Origin: Candidatus Limnocylindrales bacterium
GTDB taxonomy: Bacteria; Chloroflexota; Limnocylindria; Limnocylindrales; CSP1-4
Direction: 5' to 3'
Assembly: GCA_050010635.1 (NCBI GenBank)
Contig: JBEKKR010000014.1
Coordinates: forward strand, 2,876-66,875
DNA length: 64,000 nt
Positions within the stretch are counted from its first letter, which is position 1. Each line of letters opens with the position of its first letter. A program made the position numbers and the translations under genes. Shown in pieces: positions 19,653 through 28,787 of this stretch. The notes beneath the pieces are model-generated. The model worked only from the letters and a program-made list of their open reading frames with translations, searched no databases and was not told the origin of the DNA.

Positions 19653-21371
19653 ATGGACGACCTGCTTCTCCCGCGTCCCGTCTCGGAGCCCACCGCCGGC
19701 CCGCTCGACGACCGGTTCTGGGACCTCGTCGAGTCGCATTTCCGGGACATGGTCAAGCGGCACCCGGTATTCGCCACGTACCAGGGCATCCACGACGCGG
19801 ACGGGGAGCTGGAGAACGGCACGCGTGACGCCGTCGAGCAGGAGATCGCGGACTCGCATCGCCTGCAGAGCGACATCCAGGCAATCGATCCGGCCGGGTT
19901 GTCGGACGGCGTCCGCCTGGAGCGGGAGCTGGCCCTCCACAACGTCCGCCGCGAGCTGTTCGACATGGAGGTCCACCGCGTCTGGGAACGGCGCTCCACC
20001 GCGATGGACGCCGTCGGCGATGCCCTCTTCGCCCCGTTCGCCCGCAACTACGCCCCGCTGGCAGAGAGGCTCGCGTCGCTGACCTCCCGGATCGAGGGCG
20101 TGCCCAACCTGCTCGAGCAGCATCGCTCGCGCGCCACCGCTCCCCAAGTCCGGCTGTGGCAGGAGCTGGAGATCGATTCCGGCGAGCAGATCCCGGGCTT
20201 CTTCGGCGAGATCAGGACGGCCGGCCACGGCGTCCTCGACGAGCGTGCCCAGGCGCGCCTCGACAAGGCGGTCGAGAAGGCCTCAGCGGCCGTGACGGGC
20301 TACCTGGCGGGGATCAAGTCGAGGATGGGCGCCACGGTCGAGTTGTGGGCACTGGGCTCGGAGACCCTCGACGGGCTGGTGAGCCTGCGCGCCTTCGACG
20401 GACTGGACGCCTCGCACATCCTCGAGATCGGCCACGAGCAGCTGGCACTCAACAAGGCCGCCCGGGTGGAGGACGCGCGCCGGATCGACCCGAGCGTGAC
20501 CGAGCCGGTCGTCGTCGATCGCGTCAAGTCGAACCACCCGGCCACCTTCGAGAAGGCGCTCGCGACCTACGAGGACGCCATGCTCAGGGCCCGGGCCCAC
20601 ATCGTCGCGCACGAGCTGGCGACGATGCCTCCGGGTGAGCAGATCTCGGTAATCCCCACGCCCGAGTACCTGCGCAACGTCATCCCGTTCGCCGCCTACT
20701 TCGAGCCGGCCAAGTTCGAGAAGCATCCGACCGGCATCTACGTCGTCACGCCCTCGGTCGGCGACGACCCGAACGCGATGCGCGAGCACAACTACGCCTC
20801 GATCAGCAACACCAGCGTCCACGAGGCCTACCCGGGCCACCATCTCCAGCTCTCCGCCGCCACCCGCCATCCGTCGCTCGTGCGGCTCCTGACCGACGCC
20901 CCGGAGTTCGTCGAGGGCTGGGGCATGTACAGCGAGCAGATGATGCGCGAGCAGGGCTTCGACGCCGGCCCGGAGTTCCTGCTGGCGATGCACACGGACG
21001 CGATCTGGCGAGCTTGCCGGATCATCCTCGACATCCGGATGCATCGCGGCGAGATCTCAGTGGACGACGCCACCGCCTTCCTCATCGAGCACACGGCCTT
21101 CGAGCACGCCAACGCCCAGGCCGAGGTCTTCCGCTACACGTACACGCCGACCTATCAGCTGAGCTACCTCCTGGGCAAGGTGATGCTTCTCCAGCTCCGG
21201 GCCGACGAGCAGTACCGCCTGGGCGACAAGTTCAGCCTCAAGGGCTTCCACGACACCCTGCTGCGCAACGGCTCGCTGCCGATCAGCTTCCACCGGCGTC
21301 TGCTGGCGGCCGAGGCCGCGAACGGCTCGGGGAACGACACCGGGAGTGGCGCGGCCCGCGCCAACCAGTAG
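19653..21371 (+). CDS. DUF885 family protein (putative metallopeptidase-like)
   Basis: 572 aa with HEAYPGHHLQ, the HExxPGHH-type motif characteristic of DUF885. Confidence 0.8.
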   Translation: MDDLLLPRPVSEPTAGPLDDRFWDLVESHFRDMVKRHPVFATYQGIHDADGELENGTRDAVEQEIADSHRLQSDIQAIDPAGLSDGVRLERELALHNVRRELFDMEVHRVWERRSTAMDAVGDALFAPFARNYAPLAERLASLTSRIEGVPNLLEQHRSRATAPQVRLWQELEIDSGEQIPGFFGEIRTAGHGVLDERAQARLDKAVEKASAAVTGYLAGIKSRMGATVELWALGSETLDGLVSLRAFDGLDASHILEIGHEQLALNKAARVEDARRIDPSVTEPVVVDRVKSNHPATFEKALATYEDAMLRARAHIVAHELATMPPGEQISVIPTPEYLRNVIPFAAYFEPAKFEKHPTGIYVVTPSVGDDPNAMREHNYASISNTSVHEAYPGHHLQLSAATRHPSLVRLLTDAPEFVEGWGMYSEQMMREQGFDAGPEFLLAMHTDAIWRACRIILDIRMHRGEISVDDATAFLIEHTAFEHANAQAEVFRYTYTPTYQLSYLLGKVMLLQLRADEQYRLGDKFSLKGFHDTLLRNGSLPISFHRRLLAAEAANGSGNDTGSGAARANQ

Positions 21372-21379
21372 CGGCGGCC

Positions 21380-22081
21380 GTGCTGGTCATCCCGTCCATC
21401 GACGTCGAGAACGGCCGCTCCCGCCTCGTCCACTGGCCGGGCGCGGCCGCGGGAGTGGGCTCGCCCACCGACCGGCCCGAGCGCATCGCGGAGCGGTTCG
21501 TCGCCGAGGGCGCCCAAATGATCCACATGGTGGACATGGACGGCGCACGGTCCGGCCGGCCGGGGAATCTCGAGGCGATGGGCCGCGTGGCCTCGAGAGT
21601 GGCGGTGCCACTCCAGGTTGCCGGGGGCATGGAGGGGCCGGACAACATCCGGCTCGCCTTCGCCGCCGGCGCCACCCGCGTCGTCGTCTCGATGGCCCTG
21701 GCTGACGACCCGGAGCTGCTCCACGCCTGCCTGGACGTGGCCGGCGACTGGCTCGCCGTCGGGCTGGACCCGCGGCCGAATCGCATTGCCGCGTATCCTT
21801 GGCATCGACCCGCGCCGCCAAACCTGACGGACCTGGCCGCAGAACTCGTGGACCACGGGGTCCGGCGGCTGGTTCTATCGCACGGCGGAGCGGTTCCGGA
21901 CCTGGCATTCCTGGCCGGGCTGGCGCGGACTCTCCGCGCCGAGCTGTTCGTGGCGGGCGGGTCCGTTGACGTCGATGCAATAAAGAGCCTGCGAGACGCA
22001 GCGATCGCAGGCATCATCCTCGGAGAGCCGCTCCTGTCCGGAGCCGTCGACTTCGCCAAAGCCCTGGAGGCCGCTTCATGA
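21380..22081 (+). CDS. HisA/HisF-family (beta/alpha)8-barrel protein, stand-alone paralog
   Basis: VIPSIDVENGRSRLVHWPG...VAGGMEGPDNIRLAFAAGATRVVV...FVAGGSVDVDAIKSL. GTG start is 9 nt after the DUF885 stop. Not embedded in a his operon. Confidence 0.7.
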   Translation: MLVIPSIDVENGRSRLVHWPGAAAGVGSPTDRPERIAERFVAEGAQMIHMVDMDGARSGRPGNLEAMGRVASRVAVPLQVAGGMEGPDNIRLAFAAGATRVVVSMALADDPELLHACLDVAGDWLAVGLDPRPNRIAAYPWHRPAPPNLTDLAAELVDHGVRRLVLSHGGAVPDLAFLAGLARTLRAELFVAGGSVDVDAIKSLRDAAIAGIILGEPLLSGAVDFAKALEAAS

Positions 22082-22812
22082 TCCTCGCCCCCGCCACGTC
22101 ATCCGTTCGCCGGCTCGCGACCGTCGGCCTCCTCGCGCTGCTTCTCGGCGGCTGCTCAACCGTGCCCAACGTGACGCCGACGCCGTCGCCGACAGCCGGG
22201 GCGACCATCCCGCCGACGGCCCCGGCGTATACCCTCGCGCCTGCGCCGTCCGGTTGTCCGACTGCCGCTCCGGCCGCCATGAGCGGGACGGCCACCGTGA
22301 CGATGTCCACCAACTTCGGCAACATCGTCATCAAGGTGGACGCCGGCCTCGGGGCGAACGCGGCCGGTACCTTCGTAGCCCTGGCCAAGTGCGGCTACTA
22401 CAACAACGTCGTCTTCCACCGCATCGTCGAGGGCTTCGTCATCCAGGCCGGGGACGGAACCTATGCCCGGCTGCCAACCCTCACTCAGTCCAAGATGGGC
22501 ACCGGTGGGCCCGGCTGGTCGATCCAGGACGACAAGGTGACGACGGCCTACAAGCGGGGCACCGTCGCCATGGCGAACACCGGCGCCGCCAATTCGGCTA
22601 GCTCCCAGTTCTTCATCGTCCTGAGCGACACGGCCTGGACGGCCACCACGCCCACGACCTATGCGATCTTCGGCAACGTGAGCAGTGGCCTGGACGTGGT
22701 CGACCGCATCGCCCAGGTTCCGACCGGCGGCGAGCCCGGCTCCGACGGCTCCCCGGCCTCGATGCCGCTCCAGCCGATCGTGATCACGGGCACCACGGTC
22801 ACCACGCCGTAG
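22078..22812 (+). CDS. Peptidyl-prolyl cis-trans isomerase, cyclophilin type, lipoprotein
   Basis: Lipobox LLGGC, Pro/Thr/Ala linker, then FHRIVEGFVIQAGDG...QFFIV cyclophilin signature. Confidence 0.85.
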   Translation: MILAPATSSVRRLATVGLLALLLGGCSTVPNVTPTPSPTAGATIPPTAPAYTLAPAPSGCPTAAPAAMSGTATVTMSTNFGNIVIKVDAGLGANAAGTFVALAKCGYYNNVVFHRIVEGFVIQAGDGTYARLPTLTQSKMGTGGPGWSIQDDKVTTAYKRGTVAMANTGAANSASSQFFIVLSDTAWTATTPTTYAIFGNVSSGLDVVDRIAQVPTGGEPGSDGSPASMPLQPIVITGTTVTTP

Positions 22813-22869
22813 GATCGACCCAGGAATTAGAGCGATATCGCCGGCCGCCGGCGAGCCGAGGAGTCACCA

Positions 22870-23361
22870 ATGACCAGGGCGACCATCGACACCGACAAGG
22901 GCGCAATCGAGATCGAGCTGAGCACGACCGGCGCACCGAAAGCGGCCGCCAACTTCATCGAGCTCGCCAAGAAGGGCTACTACGACGGCGTGGTCTTCCA
23001 CCGACTGGTACCCGGCTTCGTCATCCAGGGTGGCGACGGCGAGCACGGGCACGCCGACAAGCTCGACCGGGGGCGCCTCGGCACGGGCGGTCCCGGCTAC
23101 AAGTTCGCCGACGAACCCTTCGAAGGCGACTACGTGCGCGGCGCGGTGGCGATGGCCAACGCCGGCCCGAACACGAACGGCAGCCAGTTCTTCATCTGCC
23201 TGGCCGACCTGTCGGGCGGGCAGCTACCCAAGAAGTACACCCTGTTCGGACATGTCACGAGCGGCATGGACGTGGTGGATGCCATCGCGGCCTCAAAACG
23301 CGACAGCCGAGACCAGCCGGTCGAGCCCACGGCCATGCGCTCCGTGAAGATCGCCGAATAG
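22870..23361 (+). CDS. ppiB: Peptidyl-prolyl cis-trans isomerase, cyclophilin type, cytoplasmic
   Basis: YDGVVFHRLVPGFVIQGGDG...NAGPNTNGSQFFIC. Confidence 0.9.
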   Translation: MTRATIDTDKGAIEIELSTTGAPKAAANFIELAKKGYYDGVVFHRLVPGFVIQGGDGEHGHADKLDRGRLGTGGPGYKFADEPFEGDYVRGAVAMANAGPNTNGSQFFICLADLSGGQLPKKYTLFGHVTSGMDVVDAIAASKRDSRDQPVEPTAMRSVKIAE

Positions 23362-23640
23362 TCGTTTACGAGTCAATTTGCGGCCCGTTGCGCCGGCCGC
23401 AACATTGTTGTAATCAAAGCCTCACAAAGTTGCGGGATTTTAACCCATCCGGCCGCCAAAACCCTTGGATTGAAGGCAGAAGGGGCTGTAGACTTTAGAA
23501 GCTGCCAGTCAGCCTGCTGCCCCAGTTACAAGGTCATGGGTAGGTCGGGTTAGGGTAGTCGGTGCAGCCGACGTGATAGATGCCTTTGTAGCGTGGCAGA
23601 AGACGATCCGCTTCGGCGGAACGACCCTTCACCGGGACAG

Positions 23641-23666
23641 CAACGAAGCGGCTCCTTCGGGAGCCG
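23641..23666. other. Perfect 11-bp stem / UUCG tetraloop hairpin (GAAGCGGCUCC-UUCG-GGAGCCGCUUC) inside a 370-bp low-GC convergent intergenic region
   Basis: Seen directly in the sequence. A second smaller CCGC-UUCG-GCGG hairpin sits at ~23607-23618. Function unknown; could be a bidirectional terminator or part of an sRNA. Confidence 0.35.
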
Positions 23667-23727
23667 CTTCGACTTTAACTCGCTGTTGAGACCGGGAATC
23701 GAGGGGTAGGTAGCGTCCGGGCGGCAA

Positions 23728-24681
23728 TCAGCGAATTGCGGCCGCCACGATCGGCAGAAGCGCCGCATCGATCTCGGCGTCGCTCGGACCGCATTGAACC
23801 CTGGCCAGGCTCCAGGATTCGACGTGGTCCACGTGAGCCCCGGGCTCGAGCCTGGTCAACGGTCCGAGGGTCTCCACCTCGAGCATCTCGGGGTCCGTGT
23901 AGGTCTCGGTGTTGCAACCCATGTCAGCGTACGTGGCGCGCGGGTCGTACCCGTAGCGGACGATTAGGGCATCGCCGCCGAGCAGGTAGGCCGCCCAGCC
24001 CTGCTTGTTGAGGAAGCCGACCTTCTGCTTCGTCGTCGCCGCCGGATCCTGGCGGAGCTGGATGTACTTGCGGCCCCAAGTCCAGCGCGGATCGCTCATG
24101 TCGGTGAAGTGCCACAGCACAAGCGGCCGGGCCGGCGCGAGCATGTCCGGATGGGGCAGGAACTCCTCCTGCGGGTAGATCGCCCGACCACCCGGGGCCA
24201 TGACCGAGAGGGCCCAGGGCGCAAGCTCGACGGCCCAGGGGTTGCGATTGACCAGGCGGTGGGTGACCTCGACGCACGGCGACGTGGGAGACACCGTGAC
24301 GCGCATCTCCTTGGCGATCCCGTTGTCACCCTCCGAGTTTCGGAGGACGAGGGTGGCGCCGTCCCAGGCGTGCTCGACGGGTCCGTTGTCCGGAGCGTAG
24401 GTCCGCGGGAAGACCTCGGGCGCATGCCACAGCCGGTGGCCGCCGTAGCTGTGCCACTCCCTGTCGCCGGTCCGACCCAGCGTCGCCTCGTAGTTCTTGA
24501 AGAGGTTCTGGCCGCCTATGAAGCCGAGCCGGATTATCCGCGGGCCGACGTCGGTCGTGGCCACGAGCTCGATCTCCCCGTTGGAGATACGGATTGAGCT
24601 CGGCCACCCACCGTATTCGACCGTCTCGATCGCCAGGGAATCTTCATTCATGGGAACGATCCACCTCGCTTGTCTTGTCAT
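23728..24681 (-). CDS. Hypothetical protein
   Basis: 317-aa ORF with good GC3 bias and no clear family signature. Start uncertain (M1 or M11). Confidence 0.5.
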   Translation of the reverse strand: MTRQARWIVPMNEDSLAIETVEYGGWPSSIRISNGEIELVATTDVGPRIIRLGFIGGQNLFKNYEATLGRTGDREWHSYGGHRLWHAPEVFPRTYAPDNGPVEHAWDGATLVLRNSEGDNGIAKEMRVTVSPTSPCVEVTHRLVNRNPWAVELAPWALSVMAPGGRAIYPQEEFLPHPDMLAPARPLVLWHFTDMSDPRWTWGRKYIQLRQDPAATTKQKVGFLNKQGWAAYLLGGDALIVRYGYDPRATYADMGCNTETYTDPEMLEVETLGPLTRLEPGAHVDHVESWSLARVQCGPSDAEIDAALLPIVAAAIR

Positions 24682-25051
24682 GTCGATGAATCCGGGAGTC
24701 GGCGACCGAGGCTATTCTCCAATAGCTTCTAGGCGGATGCCCGACTTACCATCGTGCAGTAGGCCGAACGCCGCGGACGCCGTGCCGGCCACCCGGCCGT
24801 GTGGAGTTCGCTCGGAACGGCCGATCCAGAAGGCGCCGACTTCCGAGCCTGCGCGAACTTCGGGCCGCTGCACGGGCGCGGCTGAGCAAGGAGGCGCGCT
24901 CCGCCCCGCCGCCCGGCTCTTGTACCATGACAGGACTTTCAGGGGCTCCACCAACCGCCGCCAGATTGGTGGCCATCTCACTACGGTGATCAGTTTGGGC
25001 GAAGATCGAGCCCGGGCAGATTCCGGGGCGACCTCGGAGATCAGGCCCGAT

Positions 25052-25849
25052 GTGGAGATACCGGGCGCCCGGCCGGCCGAGGCGCCGGCCCAGCCGCAGT
25101 TCCTTACGGTCGGGGGCATCCGGATCCGGTACGCCTCCCGGGGGAGCGGCCGGCCCCTTCTTCTGCTGCACGGTTGGGGGACCTCGCTGGACACGTTCGA
25201 CGGCATGGCGGCCGACCTGGGGCGCTCCTCCCGCGTCACCGCCTTCGACTTCCCAGGCCACGGCGAGTCGGACCTGCCGCCGGCCACGTGGCATGTCGAC
25301 GACTTCGTCGGGCTCACACTGCGCCTGATGACGGAACTGGGGATCGAGCGGCCGGCCATTCTCGGCCATTCCTTCGGCGGACGCGTGGCCATCAAGCTGG
25401 CGGCCGCGCATCCGGAGGCGGTCGAACGGCTGGTCCTGGTCGACGCCGCCGGAGTGCCGCCGCGCCGGACCATCCGCCGGGCGACGCGGCGCGCCGCCTC
25501 TCGGTTCGCCAACGCGGTAGGACGCCGGCTCGGCCGGCCCGGGCAGGCGGTCCGTGGCGCGATCGTCCGCCGGATCGCGTCGCCGGACTACCTCAACGCG
25601 GGCCCGCTCCGAGCCACGTTCGTGGCGATCGTGAACGAGGATCTCCGGCCGGCGCTCGGCGCCATCAAGTGCCCTACCCTGCTGGTCTGGGGCGAGTCGG
25701 ACGACGACACGCCGCTGGCCGACGCGCGGACCATGGAGAAGCTGATCCCGGACGCCCACCTCCTGGTCCTGAAAAACGCCGGGCACTTCTCGTACCTGGA
25801 CCAGTACGGCCGGTTCCGGCTGGCCGTCATCCCGTTCCTGAATGGCTAG
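25052..25849 (+). CDS. Alpha/beta hydrolase fold protein
   Basis: LLLLHGWGTS...FDFPGHGESD...ILGHSFGGRVAIKLAA (GxSxG nucleophile elbow)...GESDDDTP...NAGHFSY. The 5' end is uncertain: the six-frame ORF starts at 24497 but overlaps the minus-strand gene, so an in-frame GTG at 25052 is proposed. Confidence 0.65.
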   Translation: MEIPGARPAEAPAQPQFLTVGGIRIRYASRGSGRPLLLLHGWGTSLDTFDGMAADLGRSSRVTAFDFPGHGESDLPPATWHVDDFVGLTLRLMTELGIERPAILGHSFGGRVAIKLAAAHPEAVERLVLVDAAGVPPRRTIRRATRRAASRFANAVGRRLGRPGQAVRGAIVRRIASPDYLNAGPLRATFVAIVNEDLRPALGAIKCPTLLVWGESDDDTPLADARTMEKLIPDAHLLVLKNAGHFSYLDQYGRFRLAVIPFLNG

Positions 25850-27512
25850 CGGCGTGGACCCGGTGCAAGTCGTCGTACTGACGCTCGTGGCCGCCACAGC
25901 GATGGTCCTGGGATTTCGCCAGCTGCTCGGGAGCGTCCACGCGCTGCAGCAGGACGACTACTCGAACCGCCGGTTCCTCGGTTGGGTTCGCAAGTCGAAG
26001 GGCCAGTTCCCCGGTCCGGCAGTGGCCGCCTTCCTGGTCGCGGCATTTGCCGAACGTACCCTGGCGTTGTCGGGCGTCGACTGGCTCGCTTACATCGCGC
26101 CGATCCTAGCGGCCGGCGCTGCCGTCGCGTTCACCCTGTGGCGGCTCGAGAGGACTCCGAGCAAGAAGCCTCTGGTCTACACCGGCCGGGTGCGACGTCT
26201 TCTTGTCGCCTCGGTGATGCTCGAGGCTCTCCTTTTCGCAGCCGTCTACTTCGCTCAGACACGGTGGGGCGAGGTCACGGGAGCCGTGCCTGGCTCGTAC
26301 TCGTCCGGGCTTGGTGTGACCGTGGCGGCGATGATCTCGATCTTCGCGGCACCGGCCGTCGCCATCGCCGCCAACCTGGTCCTCGGGCCGGTCCAGGCCA
26401 CGATCAACTACTCCTACCGGGTCCGGGCCGCGCGCAAGCTGCGACGCCTCGGGCCGATGGTGGTGGGGATCACCGGGAGCTACGGCAAGACCTCCACCAA
26501 GTACTTCACCGAGGCGCTCCTCGAGCCGCGCTTCCGCGTCCTCAAGACCAGGGCCAGCTTCAACACGATCCTGGGCGTCTGCCGGGCAATCAACGAGGAG
26601 CTGGGCCCGGAGCACCAGGTCCTGATCGTCGAGATGGGCGCATACCGGCGCGGCGAGATCCGCGACATGGCCCGCCTGACCCGGCCCCACATCGGCGTCC
26701 TGACGGCTATCGGGCCGCAGCATCTCGAGCGCTTCGGCAGCATCGAGACGATCGAGAAGGCCAAGTTCGAGCTGCTCGAATCGCTCGCCCCCGACGACAT
26801 CGCCGTCATCAACAACGACGACCCGCGCGTCCACCGGCTGGCCGGTGAGAACTGGCTCCCGAACGTCCAGCGCTACGGCATCGACGCGCCGGCCGGAACC
26901 CTCGACCTGGCCGCTGAGGAGATATCGCACGGACCCGAGGGCCTGAGCTTCACCCTGGTCGAGAGGAACGGCACGCGGACGCCTGTGAAGACGCGGCTGA
27001 TCGGCCTTCACAACGTGTCGAACATCCTGGCCGCGGCGACGGTCGCGAAGTCCGCCGGAGTAAGCCCCCAGGAGATGGCCCGCGCGATCGGCCGCCTGCA
27101 GCCCGTCCCCCACCGCCTCGAGGCCCGCACCGGGCCGGACGGCGTGACGATCATCGACGACGCCTACAACTCGAACCCGGTCGGGGCCTTCAACGCCCTC
27201 GACGCCCTGGCGGCCTTCAAGACGGGCCGGAAGCTGCTGGTCACGCCCGGCATGGTCGAGCTCGGAGCCGAGCAGGACGAGTGGAACGAGAAGTTCGGCG
27301 CGAAGGCCGCGGATGTGTGCGATTCCGTCATCCTGGTCGGCACGCGCCAGACCGCGGCCATTCGGCGCGGCCTCGACGGAGCGGGCTTCGCCGCCGACCG
27401 CGTGAATTCGGTGCGCAACCTCGACGACGCCCTGGAGGCGCTCAAGGGTATCGTTCGGGCGGGCGACGTCGTGTTGTTCGAGAATGATCTCCCCGACCTG
27501 TACGAGGAGTGA
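25842..27512 (+). CDS. Mur ligase family protein (MurF-like UDP-MurNAc-tripeptide D-Ala-D-Ala ligase) with a ~190-aa polytopic N-terminal membrane domain
   Basis: Central P-loop VVGITGSYGKTSTKYF, Mur-ligase middle and C-terminal domains (DDAYNSNP, LVTPGMVELG). This is preceded by 4-5 hydrophobic helices instead of the usual soluble N-domain. Confidence 0.75.
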   Translation: MASGVDPVQVVVLTLVAATAMVLGFRQLLGSVHALQQDDYSNRRFLGWVRKSKGQFPGPAVAAFLVAAFAERTLALSGVDWLAYIAPILAAGAAVAFTLWRLERTPSKKPLVYTGRVRRLLVASVMLEALLFAAVYFAQTRWGEVTGAVPGSYSSGLGVTVAAMISIFAAPAVAIAANLVLGPVQATINYSYRVRAARKLRRLGPMVVGITGSYGKTSTKYFTEALLEPRFRVLKTRASFNTILGVCRAINEELGPEHQVLIVEMGAYRRGEIRDMARLTRPHIGVLTAIGPQHLERFGSIETIEKAKFELLESLAPDDIAVINNDDPRVHRLAGENWLPNVQRYGIDAPAGTLDLAAEEISHGPEGLSFTLVERNGTRTPVKTRLIGLHNVSNILAAATVAKSAGVSPQEMARAIGRLQPVPHRLEARTGPDGVTIIDDAYNSNPVGAFNALDALAAFKTGRKLLVTPGMVELGAEQDEWNEKFGAKAADVCDSVILVGTRQTAAIRRGLDGAGFAADRVNSVRNLDDALEALKGIVRAGDVVLFENDLPDLYEE

Positions 27513-27520
27513 GGAGCCAA

Positions 27521-28708
27521 ATGGCCAATCCGACCGTGGCCGTCCTGTTCGGCGGCCGGTCAGTCGAACACGAGGTCTCCATCATCTCGGGCCACCAGGC
27601 CATGGATGCGCTCGACCAGGCGGGCTTCCCCGTCCTCCCGATCTACATCACCAAGCAGGGTGACTGGTACGCCGGCGAGGGGCTCCACAACCTGGACCTC
27701 TACCGCGAGCAGACCTTCCACGCGGCCGGGCTGAAGAACGTCCACCGCGTCAGCCTGAGCCCGGACCGGTCGATCCGGCAGCTTGTGATTCATCCCGGCT
27801 CAGGCGGCGGCCTGCTTGGCGGCAAGAGCCCGAAGCTCTGGGCCGACGTCTTCTTCCCCGTCTTCCACGGCACCCACGGTGAGGATGGGTCCCTCCAGGG
27901 ACTCTTCGAGATGGCCGACGTGGCGTACGTGGGGTCGGGCGTGCTGGCCTCCGCGATCGGGATGGACAAGGTCTTCCAGAAGGGCGTCTTCGAAGGAGCC
28001 GGCATCCCGGTCCTCGACTGCCTGGAAGTTTCGCGGGCCGAATGGGAGGCCCGCCGGGACGCCGCGGTAGCCGGAGTCGAATCGAAGTACGCCTACCCGG
28101 TGATGGTCAAGCCGGTTCGCCTCGGCAGCAGCGTCGGCGTCTCCAGCTGCACCGATCGGACCGCCCTCAACGATGCGCTGGACCTCGCGCTGGAGCTCGA
28201 CGGCCGTGCCCTGGTGGAGCAGGCCCTCACCGATTTCATCGAAATCAACTGCTCGGTGCTCGGACCGCCCGAGCGCGCCTCGGTCTGCGAGCAGCCGGCC
28301 CGGTCGGATGCCGTGCTCTCCTTCGACGACAAGTACAAGCACGGCGGAAGCAAGAAGCTCGGTCGTGGTCAGGCCCAGAGCTCGGGTATGGCCGGCCTCC
28401 AGCGCCAGGTGCCGGCGCCGATCGGGGAGGCCCTCACGGCCGAGGTGCGGGGGCTCGCGAAGAAGGCATTCCGCACCATAGGGGCCAGCGGCGTGGTTCG
28501 GGTGGACTTCCTCTACGACCGGGCCACAAGCCGGCTGCTGATAAACGAGATCAACACCACCCCGGGATCGCTCAGCTACTACCTCTGGGAGGAGGAGGGG
28601 CTCCGTTTCGACCAGCTCGTCGCGGAGCTGGTCCGGATCGCGCTGGACCGGCACGAGCTGCAGCGCGCCACGGTCTACTCGTTCTCGGCGAACTTGCTGA
28701 CGCGGTAG
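27521..28708 (+). CDS. ddl: D-alanine--D-alanine ligase
   Basis: VAVLFGGRSVEHEVSIISG...FPVFHGTHGEDGSLQG...MDKVFQK... ATP-grasp Ddl family. GAGGAG RBS 5 nt upstream. Confidence 0.9.
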   Translation: MANPTVAVLFGGRSVEHEVSIISGHQAMDALDQAGFPVLPIYITKQGDWYAGEGLHNLDLYREQTFHAAGLKNVHRVSLSPDRSIRQLVIHPGSGGGLLGGKSPKLWADVFFPVFHGTHGEDGSLQGLFEMADVAYVGSGVLASAIGMDKVFQKGVFEGAGIPVLDCLEVSRAEWEARRDAAVAGVESKYAYPVMVKPVRLGSSVGVSSCTDRTALNDALDLALELDGRALVEQALTDFIEINCSVLGPPERASVCEQPARSDAVLSFDDKYKHGGSKKLGRGQAQSSGMAGLQRQVPAPIGEALTAEVRGLAKKAFRTIGASGVVRVDFLYDRATSRLLINEINTTPGSLSYYLWEEEGLRFDQLVAELVRIALDRHELQRATVYSFSANLLTR

Positions 28709-28787
28709 CGGTAGCGGGAGCGGGCGCGGGCTCCGGCGGCCGGAAGACCTCGCCGGCGGGTTTATCGTTTGCCGCAGGGAGGCGACG

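Noticed and set aside
18657-20228. 523-aa minus-strand ORF antisense to threonine aldolase and DUF885
   Set aside because: No motif. Antisense to two well-supported genes. High-GC artefact.
23362-23727. tmRNA, RNase P or SRP RNA in the low-GC gap
   Set aside because: I checked for the tRNA-like 3' end and the GGGGCUG...CCACCA frame of tmRNA, the GGAAAGUCCGG P4 region of RNase P and the SRP domain-IV motif. None is present. The region is kept only as an unassigned structured-RNA candidate.
24746-25897. 383-aa minus-strand ORF antisense to the alpha/beta hydrolase
   Set aside because: Low-complexity translation. The plus-strand frame carries the GxSxG hydrolase signature.
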